From positions 1,589-65,588 of the forward strand of contig CAZFMY010000027.1 in the NCBI GenBank assembly GCA_964520345.1: a stretch of 64,000 nt of DNA, in the 5' to 3' direction. The notes beneath the pieces were generated by a model. It saw only the letters and a program-made list of their open reading frames with translations, did no database searches and was not told the DNA's origin. The position numbers were made by a program, and so were the translations under genes. The DNA comes from an uncultured Gemmatimonadaceae bacterium. GTDB taxonomy: Bacteria > Latescibacterota > UBA2968 > UBA8231. Below, piece by piece: positions 16,249-24,945 of this stretch. Numbering within the stretch: the first letter of the stretch is position 1; each line of letters starts with the position of its first letter.

Positions 16249-18598
16249 TGGTCCAAAAGCCCTCGAGCGATTCGGCGATGTGGGCGGTATCGCTCACCCG
16301 GTGTACGGTGCGCCAATGCGGGGGAAAGAGCTTGCGGTAGCGGCTCTGGCCGAAGCGCCGGTCTACGAGCAGTATCGCCCCGTGGTCGGTAGCGGTGCGG
16401 ATAACGCGGCCGGCCGCTTGCAGGACGCGATTCATGCCGGGGTAGGTGTAGGCGTATTCGAAACCAGGTATTTCGCGCTGGTCGAAGTAGTGGCGGATCA
16501 GGTCGCGTTCAAGGCAGATTTGTGGCAGTCCGACGCCCACAACCACGGCACCGACTAGGCGCTCGCCGACCAAGTCTATGCCTTCGCCGAAGATGCCGCC
16601 CATCACGGCAAAGCCCACGGTGGTATCGGGATTATCCTCGTTGAAGACGGCGAGAAAAGCCTCTCTTTCTCGCTCGGACATACCGCTTTCCTGGGTCAGG
16701 GTTGCGATTGCGGGATTTGCTTCGACAAAGCGTTCGACTACTTCATCCATATAGCGGTAGGAGGGAAAGAAGGCCAGGTAGTTGCCCGGGCGCTGGTGGA
16801 TGAGGTCGGCGATCAATTCGGCGATATCGCTGTACGTTTCGCTGCGTTTTTTGTAGGTCGTTTCGATGTGGTCTGCCAGGAGCAGGCGCAAGTTGTCGGG
16901 TGGGAAAGGTGAGGGCAGTTGCAGCATTCCATCTCCTTCTTCGCCACCGAGCAGGTCGCGGAAATAGTCGAGGGGCGAGAGGGTGGCCGAGAAGAATACA
17001 GCGGCACTGCCGCGTTCGAGGGCCCGGCGGATATTTTTGGATGGATCGAGGCAGAAGAGCCGGAAGTATACCTCCTTGTTTTCTTTCTCGGCATAGGTGG
17101 TATAATGTTCGTCGAAGAGTTCGGCGATCCGTTCGAAGCCCAAGGCCCGGAAATAGAATTCGATCAAGTGGTCCCAGAACGGGAGAGCGCTTCCTTGTGC
17201 GAGGACTTTTTCCGCAGCTTTTAACGCGTTGTGTACCAGCGCTATCAGGTCGGTGGAGAGTTTTGGGTCAATCCAGGATGAACCATCCCCTTCCTTCTCG
17301 ACCTTTTTGCCGAGTTTGACGAAATAGCGATTGAGTGCGTCGAGCTTCTTGCCGAGGTCGGGGTGGGTCTTGCCGACCTGGCGTTTGAGTCCCAGGATTT
17401 CGCTCTTGTAAAGTGTGGCTGAGAACATTTCGCGCGCCCGATCGACGAGGTTGTGCGCTTCGTCGATGAGCAAGGCGTATTCACCTTTCGCATCCTGGAA
17501 GAAACGCTTGAGGAAGGCTCGTGGATCGAAGACATAGTTGTAGTCGCAGGTAATGATATCGGACCAGAGTGAGAGATCGAGCGAGAATTCGAAGGGACAG
17601 ACCTTGTGTTTTTGCGCGTGTTCCTCGATGCGTAGCCGGGTAAAGGCATCGTGGGTGAAGATATCTTCCAGGGCATCGTTGATACGGTCGTAGTAGCCCT
17701 GGGCGAACTCGCATTGCTCGGGGTCGCAAGAACTGCCTCCGTTGGGTTTGAAGCAGATCTTGTCGCGGGCCGTCAGGGTTAGATTCTTGATGCGTGCCCC
17801 TCTTGCTCGGATTTCATCGATCGTTTTTTCGACGACGGTACGGCCCACGGTTTTGGCCGTCAGGTAGAAGATCTTTTCGGCATGACCCAACGCAAGGGCT
17901 TTTAAAGCCGGAAATAGGGTCGAGACCGTCTTGCCGATTCCAGTGGGAGCCTGGATGAAGGCGCGTCCCTGGTTCTCGATGGCGCGGTAAGTGGTTACGG
18001 CGAGATCGCGCTGGCCTGGTCGGTACTCGGCGAAAGGGAAGTCGAGAGCTTGAAGCGAGCGATCGCGCTCAACGCACCACTGGTGGTAGATTCGCGCCCA
18101 GTGCAGGTAGCGCTCGACGAGGTCGGAAAAGAACGCGGCGAGTTCATCGAGCGAGAAAGAGCGGCGATCTTCGTATAGCTGCCAGGTTTCGAGCTGCAGG
18201 TAGGTGAGCTGGACATCGATGCAGTCGAGGCCACTTTGTTCGGAGACGATAAAGGCGTAGACCTTGGCCTGAGCCCAGTGTGCGGGGTTTGCGGGAGGGA
18301 GTTCTTCGAACTCGGCTTCGGTGGTCTTGATTTCCTCGATGAGGACGGTATCGCCTTCGGCGAGCAGTCCGTCTATGCGACCGCTTATTTCGAGGGTGAT
18401 CGCCTCGGTGTCGACGAGGTAGGAGACAGGGACTTCCGACTGGTAGCCGGCGGGTCGAGCCCGCTGGACCTTCTGATGTCCGCGAGTGCCTTCGATCATG
18501 CGATCGGGTTGGGCGAAGCCTCCAGAGACCAGATCGCCTGAGCGCAGCACGAAACCGATGAGTTCGCGGACCGAGGTTTTGAGCAGGCGTGGGGGCAT
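16241..18598 (-). CDS. PD-(D/E)XK nuclease domain fused to XPD/DinG-family Fe-S DNA helicase
   Basis: 785 aa. N-terminal motifs are D..(GRIDGL), EEIK and QAKVY (RecB/Cas4-like). Helicase motifs are Walker A APTGIGKT and DEAH (LIDEAHNL). Four Cys (KIC, SSC, EQC, KVC) lie between motifs I and II, as in XPD/DinG. C-terminal Helicase_C_2-like block. Confidence 0.85.
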   Translation of the reverse strand: MPPRLLKTSVRELIGFVLRSGDLVSGGFAQPDRMIEGTRGHQKVQRARPAGYQSEVPVSYLVDTEAITLEISGRIDGLLAEGDTVLIEEIKTTEAEFEELPPANPAHWAQAKVYAFIVSEQSGLDCIDVQLTYLQLETWQLYEDRRSFSLDELAAFFSDLVERYLHWARIYHQWCVERDRSLQALDFPFAEYRPGQRDLAVTTYRAIENQGRAFIQAPTGIGKTVSTLFPALKALALGHAEKIFYLTAKTVGRTVVEKTIDEIRARGARIKNLTLTARDKICFKPNGGSSCDPEQCEFAQGYYDRINDALEDIFTHDAFTRLRIEEHAQKHKVCPFEFSLDLSLWSDIITCDYNYVFDPRAFLKRFFQDAKGEYALLIDEAHNLVDRAREMFSATLYKSEILGLKRQVGKTHPDLGKKLDALNRYFVKLGKKVEKEGDGSSWIDPKLSTDLIALVHNALKAAEKVLAQGSALPFWDHLIEFYFRALGFERIAELFDEHYTTYAEKENKEVYFRLFCLDPSKNIRRALERGSAAVFFSATLSPLDYFRDLLGGEEGDGMLQLPSPFPPDNLRLLLADHIETTYKKRSETYSDIAELIADLIHQRPGNYLAFFPSYRYMDEVVERFVEANPAIATLTQESGMSEREREAFLAVFNEDNPDTTVGFAVMGGIFGEGIDLVGERLVGAVVVGVGLPQICLERDLIRHYFDQREIPGFEYAYTYPGMNRVLQAAGRVIRTATDHGAILLVDRRFGQSRYRKLFPPHWRTVHRVSDTAHIAESLEGFWTNG

Positions 18599-18626
18599 GG
18601 TAGACTCTAAGAAAGATATGATATAT

Positions 18627-18649
18627 TTTAAGCGGCGCCATCGCTTAAA
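18627..18649. promoter_or_regulatory. Perfect 8-bp inverted repeat TTTAAGCG-N7-CGCTTAAA in the divergent helicase/mtnP intergenic region
   Basis: Read directly: tttaagcg (18627..18634), gcgccat, cgcttaaa (18642..18649). It lies 29-51 nt upstream of the helicase start. The same 8-mer recurs at 33445 and twice at 36147/36162. Confidence 0.4.
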
Positions 18650-18849
18650 TTTGCGTTTGAATATGGGACGAGAGGATTTTTCCAGTCCATATTTGGTAAT
18701 TCGGTGATGATAACCGATGTACTATTTTTCAGGGTGATACGGATTGAAATTCGTTCGGTAGTTTTTTTCGATCCTGGGAGCGACTGAGCTCTCGTTGGCG
18801 ATGATCTCCCCTAATTTCTACAAAGCTCAAGTCGTGCGAAAGGTATCTC

Positions 18850-19722
18850 ATGAGTGAATCCGTGGTCTTAGGTATCATCGGTGGTTCGGGTTTGTACCAG
18901 ATGGAGGGGGCTGAGACAGTTGCAGAACACGTTCTGGACACGCCCTTTGGCAAGCCCTCCGATGCCATCGTCGAGGCGCGAGTCAGTGGTCGCACGGCTT
19001 ATTTTTTGCCGCGTCACGGCAAGGGGCATCGGCTATTGCCTGCCGAAGTGCCCGCCCGGGCCAATATCCATGCCCTCAAGCAACTAGGCGTGACTCACGT
19101 GCTGGCGGTGAGCGCTTGCGGGATTATGCGCGAGGAGATCGAACCCGGAGATATGGTCGTGCCCGACCAGATCTTTGATCGCACTCGGGGTTCGCGTCCG
19201 TCGACCTTCTTTGGTGAGGGGATTGTTGGCCATCTGCCCTTTGCCGATCCTTTTTGCGCGGAGTTGCGCGAGATCGTCATCGACTCGGCGCAGGGAGCGG
19301 ATGCCAGGGTTCATGCGGGCGGTACTTATATCTGTATGGAAGGGCCGCTTTTTTCCACTCGGGCCGAGTCTCATTTCTATCGCAAGACCGTTGACGCAGC
19401 AGTGATCGGCATGACGGCTTTGCCCGAGGCCAAGCTGGCGCGCGAGGCGGAGCTGTGCTACGCGATGCTGGCGATGGGCACCGATTATGACTGCTGGCAC
19501 GAGGAGGAGGAGGACGTGACGATCGATCAGATCATCGCGGTGATGAAGGCGAATGGCGCGTTGGCCAACCAGATCGTTGCTGAGGTGGTCGCGCGTTTGC
19601 CCGAGCGATCGGATTGCGCCTGTCTGAGCGCTGCCCAATACGCGATTGTCACTGATCGGGCGATGATTTCGGCCGAGGCGAAGGAGCGGTTGAGAGTACT
19701 CTACGGGAAATATCTGGACTGA
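18850..19722 (+). CDS. mtnP: S-methyl-5'-thioadenosine phosphorylase
   Basis: 290 aa with GIIGGSGLY, TPFGKPSD and YFLPRHGKGHR motifs of MTAP / purine nucleoside phosphorylase family 2. Confidence 0.85.
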   Translation: MSESVVLGIIGGSGLYQMEGAETVAEHVLDTPFGKPSDAIVEARVSGRTAYFLPRHGKGHRLLPAEVPARANIHALKQLGVTHVLAVSACGIMREEIEPGDMVVPDQIFDRTRGSRPSTFFGEGIVGHLPFADPFCAELREIVIDSAQGADARVHAGGTYICMEGPLFSTRAESHFYRKTVDAAVIGMTALPEAKLAREAELCYAMLAMGTDYDCWHEEEEDVTIDQIIAVMKANGALANQIVAEVVARLPERSDCACLSAAQYAIVTDRAMISAEAKERLRVLYGKYLD

Positions 19723-19723
19723 G

Positions 19724-20818
19724 ATGGCCGATCTTTTCAGAATAGCACTCATAGGCGTGGGGCGGATCGGGATCTTTCACGCTCGGCATGTGCAGGAATT
19801 GGCGCGCGAGCGCGGAGATTGCGTGTTGGCAGCTCTAGTCGATGAATACGGCGATTTGGCGGCCGAAGCGGCGAGCGAATTAGAAGCGGATCAGGATACG
19901 CCGATCGACGGATTCAAGGACGTGGAGGAATTGGTTGCGGCCGATGCGGCTGACGGCGCCTTTATTGCCTCGCGCACGGAGAGTCATTATCGGGACGCCC
20001 GGACGCTAATCGATGCGGGATGGCGGGTGCTGCTGGAAAAACCGCTGACCCATTCTTTAGAGACGGCGCGGAAATTGGTCGCGCACCTGGACGCGGACGA
20101 ATTTCGCAGCACGGCGTTGATGCAGGCTTTTATGCGTCGCTTCGACGCACCTTTACTCCACGCCAAAGCGCTGCTGGATCAGGGGGCGATCGGTCAGCCA
20201 TTCAAGATCGTCTCGATCCTCGAAGACCCGGTTCCTCCCCCGACAGGGTATAAGAGCTCGGGTCTGCTTTCGGACATGGCGGTCCATAATATCGATGAAA
20301 TGCTCTGGTTAGGCGGGCGGTTGCCCGAGCGGGTGGCAGGTTTCGGCAATCTGCTCTACAACCAGCAGATTAGCTCGGTCAAAGAAGATTTCGACGATGC
20401 TTCGCTGCAGATCTATTTTCCCGAGGCACTGGTCGGTCAGGTGACGGTGAGCCGCAACCACGTCGCCGGCTATCGCAACGAGACTTGGATTTACGGACCT
20501 GAAGGGGTGGTACACGTGGGAGCTTTCAGTGCCGATCCGCTGATGGTTGCCGTCGAGGCGTTGGGGCGGCGGGGTATGATCGACCAGCGGGAATTCGCTT
20601 TGCGCGACTACGGGCCCGAAGTGCCCGTTTTTATTGAGCGCTTTGGGCCGGCGTACAAGGCCGAATTGTCCTATTACATCGACCAGTGTCGTGCCGGGGC
20701 GCCTTTTGCTGTCGATCATCGAGACGGGCTCAGGGCGTTGGAGATCGCGGTGGTGGGAAGTGGCGCTCTGTTCGAATCCGGGCAGGGTACTGAACTAAAT
20801 CTCAGCGGATGTGATTGA
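19724..20818 (+). CDS. Gfo/Idh/MocA family oxidoreductase
   Basis: 364 aa. N-terminal Rossmann motif IALIGVGRIGIFHA and an EKPL motif (LLEKPLTHS). Starts 1 nt after the mtnP stop. Confidence 0.8.
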   Translation: MADLFRIALIGVGRIGIFHARHVQELARERGDCVLAALVDEYGDLAAEAASELEADQDTPIDGFKDVEELVAADAADGAFIASRTESHYRDARTLIDAGWRVLLEKPLTHSLETARKLVAHLDADEFRSTALMQAFMRRFDAPLLHAKALLDQGAIGQPFKIVSILEDPVPPPTGYKSSGLLSDMAVHNIDEMLWLGGRLPERVAGFGNLLYNQQISSVKEDFDDASLQIYFPEALVGQVTVSRNHVAGYRNETWIYGPEGVVHVGAFSADPLMVAVEALGRRGMIDQREFALRDYGPEVPVFIERFGPAYKAELSYYIDQCRAGAPFAVDHRDGLRALEIAVVGSGALFESGQGTELNLSGCD

Positions 20819-20887
20819 GATCACGTTCTCGATTGGCAGCGCGCTGCACCTTGACGGATGCCCATTATGGGCACACGCATGAGGAGG

Positions 20888-20930
20888 CCCCGTCACACTG
20901 CTCCGGCAGTGTGACGGGGTTTTATTTTTT
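20888..20930 (+). terminator. Rho-independent terminator
   Basis: 13-bp perfect stem ccccgtcacactg / cagtgtgacgggg with loop ctccgg, followed by ttttatttttt. Located between convergent genes. Confidence 0.8.
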
Positions 20931-20964
20931 AATGCCGAAGAGGGCCGCTAGGCCTATGATCGCG

Positions 20965-22245
20965 TTAGCGTCTTTTGCCGCGTGGACTCCTGGTTTTCTC
21001 AATTCTTCTCAGGGTTTGGCTGTCTTGGACGGCATCGTAGATTTTGGCAAACGCCTGAGTGCCGTCGTCTGCGACCGGTACGCACTCGGAGCCGCTTTCG
21101 CAGATGGGCATGGCGTCGCGGGGATAGTCGTTGTGGAGGGCTTGTTTGGAGCAGCCGTAGTAGGTGACTTCGCCGTTGGCACGGGCGTAGCGATAGACGT
21201 GGCGTGGCGGATCGACCCAGCTGTAGTCGACCTGGTATTTTTTCAAGGCCTTCTGATCGACCTCGATGCCCAGGCCGGGCTCTTCCGGCACCCGGTAGTA
21301 ACCGCCGCGTAGCTGGATCGGATCGGTGAGAAGCTGGTGCTTCCAGATATTCATGCAGGTGATGGCCGGCCATTTGGCCTGGGGACAGACCGCTCCCAGG
21401 TGAGCTGCCCAGGTCGTGGTGATGCCCGTGCCGACGAGTTGTAGCCAGAAAGGTTTATTGGCGACATCAGTGACGGCCGATTGCCTGGAGATATTGTAGG
21501 CTCCAGCGCAGACTACGAAGCCGTCGGCAACGTCTTCGTGTAGGGTGGTGAGGATCGGCGGTGATCCGTAGTGCATGGCCACGGGGCGGCGGATTTGATT
21601 GCGAATTTGGGCATTGCCGGCGACGTCGGATTGGGGTATGGGCGTTTCGAGCATGGCTACCTGCTCGTATTGTTCCAGGGTTGCTAGAAATTCGACGGCA
21701 CTGGCGGCATTGCCGAGCGTACCGTTGAAGTCGAGGTCGAGTTTGAACTGTGGCGGCACGGCCTTGATGATGGTGCGGATAGAGTCGTGCAGGTCGTACC
21801 AGGTTCGGGCCTTTAGTTTGGCGGTCATATACCCCTGTTTGACAGCGTCCGCGCACTGGCGGGCCCAGTCTCTGGCCGGCATGTCCATTGCCCACCACGA
21901 GAGCGGGCACCATTCGCGCACTTTGGTACCGAGGAGGCGATAAGCCGGGGTCCCCAGGGCCTTGCCGACTGCGTCGAAGAGGGCCTGCTGGACCCCGGCA
22001 CCCAGGTGGTCTTCCCAGAGTAGGTCACCGGCGGAGCGGCCGACGATGCGTTCTTCAATATCTTCGGGGACCTTGGCCCAAGTGTAGTTGGGGATCGTTT
22101 CACCCCAGCCGATCGTGCCATTGGTGAGGGTGATTTTGCAGAGTTGGACGATGCGCCAATGCGGCAGCCAGTACTGCATGTGCTGGTTGGTGTGGTTGGT
22201 GAAGGGTACGTCCAGGTGAATGAGTTCTACGGATTTGATCTGCAT
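20965..22245 (-). CDS. Enolase-superfamily (mandelate racemase/muconate lactonizing enzyme-like) protein, divergent
   Basis: 426 aa. Capping-domain N-terminus, a KxK motif (AKLKAR), DLDFNG and MLETP metal-ligand contexts. Later catalytic positions are not obviously conserved. About 70 aa of C-terminal extension. Confidence 0.7.
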   Translation of the reverse strand: MQIKSVELIHLDVPFTNHTNQHMQYWLPHWRIVQLCKITLTNGTIGWGETIPNYTWAKVPEDIEERIVGRSAGDLLWEDHLGAGVQQALFDAVGKALGTPAYRLLGTKVREWCPLSWWAMDMPARDWARQCADAVKQGYMTAKLKARTWYDLHDSIRTIIKAVPPQFKLDLDFNGTLGNAASAVEFLATLEQYEQVAMLETPIPQSDVAGNAQIRNQIRRPVAMHYGSPPILTTLHEDVADGFVVCAGAYNISRQSAVTDVANKPFWLQLVGTGITTTWAAHLGAVCPQAKWPAITCMNIWKHQLLTDPIQLRGGYYRVPEEPGLGIEVDQKALKKYQVDYSWVDPPRHVYRYARANGEVTYYGCSKQALHNDYPRDAMPICESGSECVPVADDGTQAFAKIYDAVQDSQTLRRIEKTRSPRGKRR

Positions 22246-22334
22246 CGAAAAAACCTTTCGCCAGAGGTGGGGTGGGCTATATACGGCAAGGGCAGCGCGG
22301 TGTCAAGCGGGGTGAAGCCTTATATTCTCTCACT

Positions 22335-24458
22335 ATGGAAATTCGCCAATTTGCCGAGCGGGTGCTCTTCGGCACGCGCTGGGACGACAAACTCGTTGCG
22401 CTGGATCGCTACGAGGATCAGGCGCCGGGCCTGGGGATCGAAACTCCGCAAGCACCGGGTCGTCCGGTGGGGCTGGGCCTGGACGAGTGGCGCGGGCGGG
22501 ACAAACTCAAGTTCGGTGATGTGCGCAATCTCCACACTGAGAAGGAACGCGGGTTGGTGCTGCACTTTTTCGCCAATCACGAGTTGCTGGCGCTGGAGTT
22601 GATGGCGTTGGCGTTGCTCAAGTTCCCGCAGGCACCGGAGCGGTTTCGCCGCGGATTGGTACAGACCCTCAAAGACGAACAGCAGCACCTGCAGCTCTAC
22701 CTGCGGCGGATGGAAGAGGTCGGAGTAGAGTTTGGCGAGATACCCGTCAGCGATTTTTTCTGGCAGGCGATCGGGCCGATGCAGAGCCCGAAGGAGTACG
22801 TCACCGGCTTGAGTTTGACGCTGGAGCAGGCCAATCTCGACTATGCAGTGCACTACGCCGAAGTGTATCGAAAACTGGACGATCTCAAGACGGCGGCGAT
22901 TCTGGACCGGGTCTATCGCGACGAGATCGGGCATGTCAAATACGGGTTGGTGTGGTTCAATCGCTGGCGAGAGGCAGAATTAAGCGAATGGGAGGCTTAT
23001 CGAAGGGGGTTGCGTCCACCCTTGGGTCCTGCGCGGGCCAAGGGAATCGGTTTCAATCGCCCTGGTCGCTTAGAGGCCGGGCTTTCTCCCGACTATATTG
23101 CCGAGTTGGAGCTCTTCTCGCAGTCCAAGGGGCGTTGTCCAGCCGTCTACTGGTTCAACGGCAACTGCGAGGGACAGGTGGCGCTGGGGCGTCCGGGTTT
23201 TACGCCGTCGCGGCTGGCGGCTGATTTGGAGGACGACTTCCAGGCTCTGCCGATGCTTTGCTCTGCTCGTGACGATGCGGTGCTCTTGCGGCGGAAGCCG
23301 TCGGCGGATTTTCTGCGCCGTTTGCAGGAGTTGGGATTTACAATTCCCGAATTTTTCGAGTATAGTGCGAGCGGTCTGGAGGGTTTTGCCTCGCGCAAGG
23401 TCAATGCGCTCAAGCCCTGGGGTTGGAGTCCGGACAGCGCCCGGTTTCTGGCGCCTTTAGAAGAAGGTTTGCCGTCTGGTGGGGAAGGGTTGTGCTGGAG
23501 CGGAACCATTCGACAGCTATACTCTAAGTCCTGGAGTGCTGATCGTTTAAGTGATTTTCTGGCGGTGCCGGACGAAGATTTTTTCTGTGGTTCGGAGGTG
23601 GTGGGCCTGGGGTGTGCGACCGTCGATGAGGTGCTCTTGGCTCTGGAGCATTTTCGCGCTGCGGGTTTCGGCGAAATAGTCATCAAGGCGATATACGGCT
23701 CAGCAGGTCGAGATCAAATCCACGCTCGCGAAGGCCAGTTGCGCGAGGGGCAGCGCGGCTGGTTGGAGAAGATCTGTCGGCGGCAGGGCCAGGTTGTCGT
23801 CGAGCCGTGGCTCGACAAGGTGGCCGATCTTTCGTTGCACTTCGATATAGAGGCAACGGGGGAAGCTCAGGTGATGGGCTGGACGCGCTTTTTGACCGAT
23901 GATCGCGGTCAGTATCGCGGTGCGTTCGTCCACCAATTCCTCGCTGGTCTCGATATAGAGGTGAAGAGGTTTCTCTATGGCGATGGGCGCGATCCCCGTC
24001 GTTTGAAGCGGTTGGGTGAGCGCTTGGCCGAATTCCTGGCTGGCGAAGTGGCTGCTGCGGGGTATCGGGGTCCGGTCGGCGTCGATGCGCTGGTCTACCG
24101 CGATGGTGGCACGCTGCGCTTGAAACCAATTGTGGAAATCAACCCGCGCACGACGATGGGGCGGATGGCGCTCGGACTCCGGCCAGCAGTTAATTCGGCG
24201 CGTACGGCGCTGTGGCTGGTGCTCTCTCAGCGCGAGGTAGCGCTAGCGGGTTTTGCCGATATTGCGGCGTGTGCCGATCGGTTGGAGGAGCAGTATCCGG
24301 CGCGGCTTTTTTCCAGCGGCAAAGAACTGAGCGAGGGGGTAATCTTTACTACCGATCCCGCTCAGGCCCGCTCTTTCGCCACAGTTTTGCTGGTCGGCGA
24401 GTCGCTGGAAGCGTGCAGGGACTACCTGGCTGCGGTGGGGCTGGTGTTGGTGCGCTAG
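22335..24458 (+). CDS. Fusion protein: N-terminal DUF455 ferritin-like di-iron domain and C-terminal ATP-grasp domain
   Basis: The DUF455 block is HFFANHELLALELMALALLKFP..DEQQH..LEQANLD..DEIGH (two E...ExxH pairs). The C-terminal half has IVIKAIYGSAGR, VVVEPWLD, GVDALVY and VEINPRTTMG, typical of ATP-grasp. An alternative GTG start at 22272 follows GAGGTGG. Confidence 0.65.
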   Translation: MEIRQFAERVLFGTRWDDKLVALDRYEDQAPGLGIETPQAPGRPVGLGLDEWRGRDKLKFGDVRNLHTEKERGLVLHFFANHELLALELMALALLKFPQAPERFRRGLVQTLKDEQQHLQLYLRRMEEVGVEFGEIPVSDFFWQAIGPMQSPKEYVTGLSLTLEQANLDYAVHYAEVYRKLDDLKTAAILDRVYRDEIGHVKYGLVWFNRWREAELSEWEAYRRGLRPPLGPARAKGIGFNRPGRLEAGLSPDYIAELELFSQSKGRCPAVYWFNGNCEGQVALGRPGFTPSRLAADLEDDFQALPMLCSARDDAVLLRRKPSADFLRRLQELGFTIPEFFEYSASGLEGFASRKVNALKPWGWSPDSARFLAPLEEGLPSGGEGLCWSGTIRQLYSKSWSADRLSDFLAVPDEDFFCGSEVVGLGCATVDEVLLALEHFRAAGFGEIVIKAIYGSAGRDQIHAREGQLREGQRGWLEKICRRQGQVVVEPWLDKVADLSLHFDIEATGEAQVMGWTRFLTDDRGQYRGAFVHQFLAGLDIEVKRFLYGDGRDPRRLKRLGERLAEFLAGEVAAAGYRGPVGVDALVYRDGGTLRLKPIVEINPRTTMGRMALGLRPAVNSARTALWLVLSQREVALAGFADIAACADRLEEQYPARLFSSGKELSEGVIFTTDPAQARSFATVLLVGESLEACRDYLAAVGLVLVR

Positions 24459-24865
24459 CGGGTGTATAAGAGCGCCTTTAGTTCCGGTGGCAAGCCGGGT
24501 CGGCCGTTGTGGTTGAGACTGGTGCCGATGAGGCGGCCGTGCAGTACGTGCACCCCGTCGGGTTCTTTGTAGATATCCTGGACAAAGCAGAACCGCAGGC
24601 GACTTTCCGCTACTACGCTCAATCTGACGGTAAAGCGGTCGCCGCTGACTAGGGGGGCTTTGTAGTCGATCTCGACGCGGGTGAGTACGAGGTCGTGGCC
24701 CGCCTCGTGGAAGCGGGCAAAGCTGAGGCCGAGACTGGCCAGATACTGGTGGCGAGCGTGTTCGAGGTAATTCTGATAAACCGCGTTGTTGACAAGGCCC
24801 TGGAGATCGCATTCGTAGTCGCGGACGTCCAGAGTGAGTTCGAAATCGCAGGGTTCGGCGGGCAT
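24455..24865 (-). CDS. Hotdog-fold acyl-CoA thioesterase (YbgC/4HBT family)
   Basis: 136 aa. DVRDYECDLQGLVNNAVYQNYLEHAR is typical of the 4HBT class. Its stop shares a CTAG tetranucleotide with the convergent upstream gene. Confidence 0.8.
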   Translation of the reverse strand: MPAEPCDFELTLDVRDYECDLQGLVNNAVYQNYLEHARHQYLASLGLSFARFHEAGHDLVLTRVEIDYKAPLVSGDRFTVRLSVVAESRLRFCFVQDIYKEPDGVHVLHGRLIGTSLNHNGRPGLPPELKALLYTR

Positions 24866-24945
24866 GTTTTCCTGTGTCTCAAGACCTGATGGTAGCTTCG
24901 GATCGGCTGATTGGACAATAAACGAGCAGTTTTAATCTAGTCACT

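Noticed and set aside
18650-18849. Several small hairpins in the mtnP leader (AATATGG/CCATATT, TCGGT/ACCGA, GGGAG/CTCCC) and a CAAAGCUC string. I considered these as a possible SAM-type riboswitch.
   Set aside because: I cannot match any SAM-I/II/SAH consensus by eye. The hairpins are short and unremarkable for an AT-rich intergenic region. Needs an Rfam cmscan.
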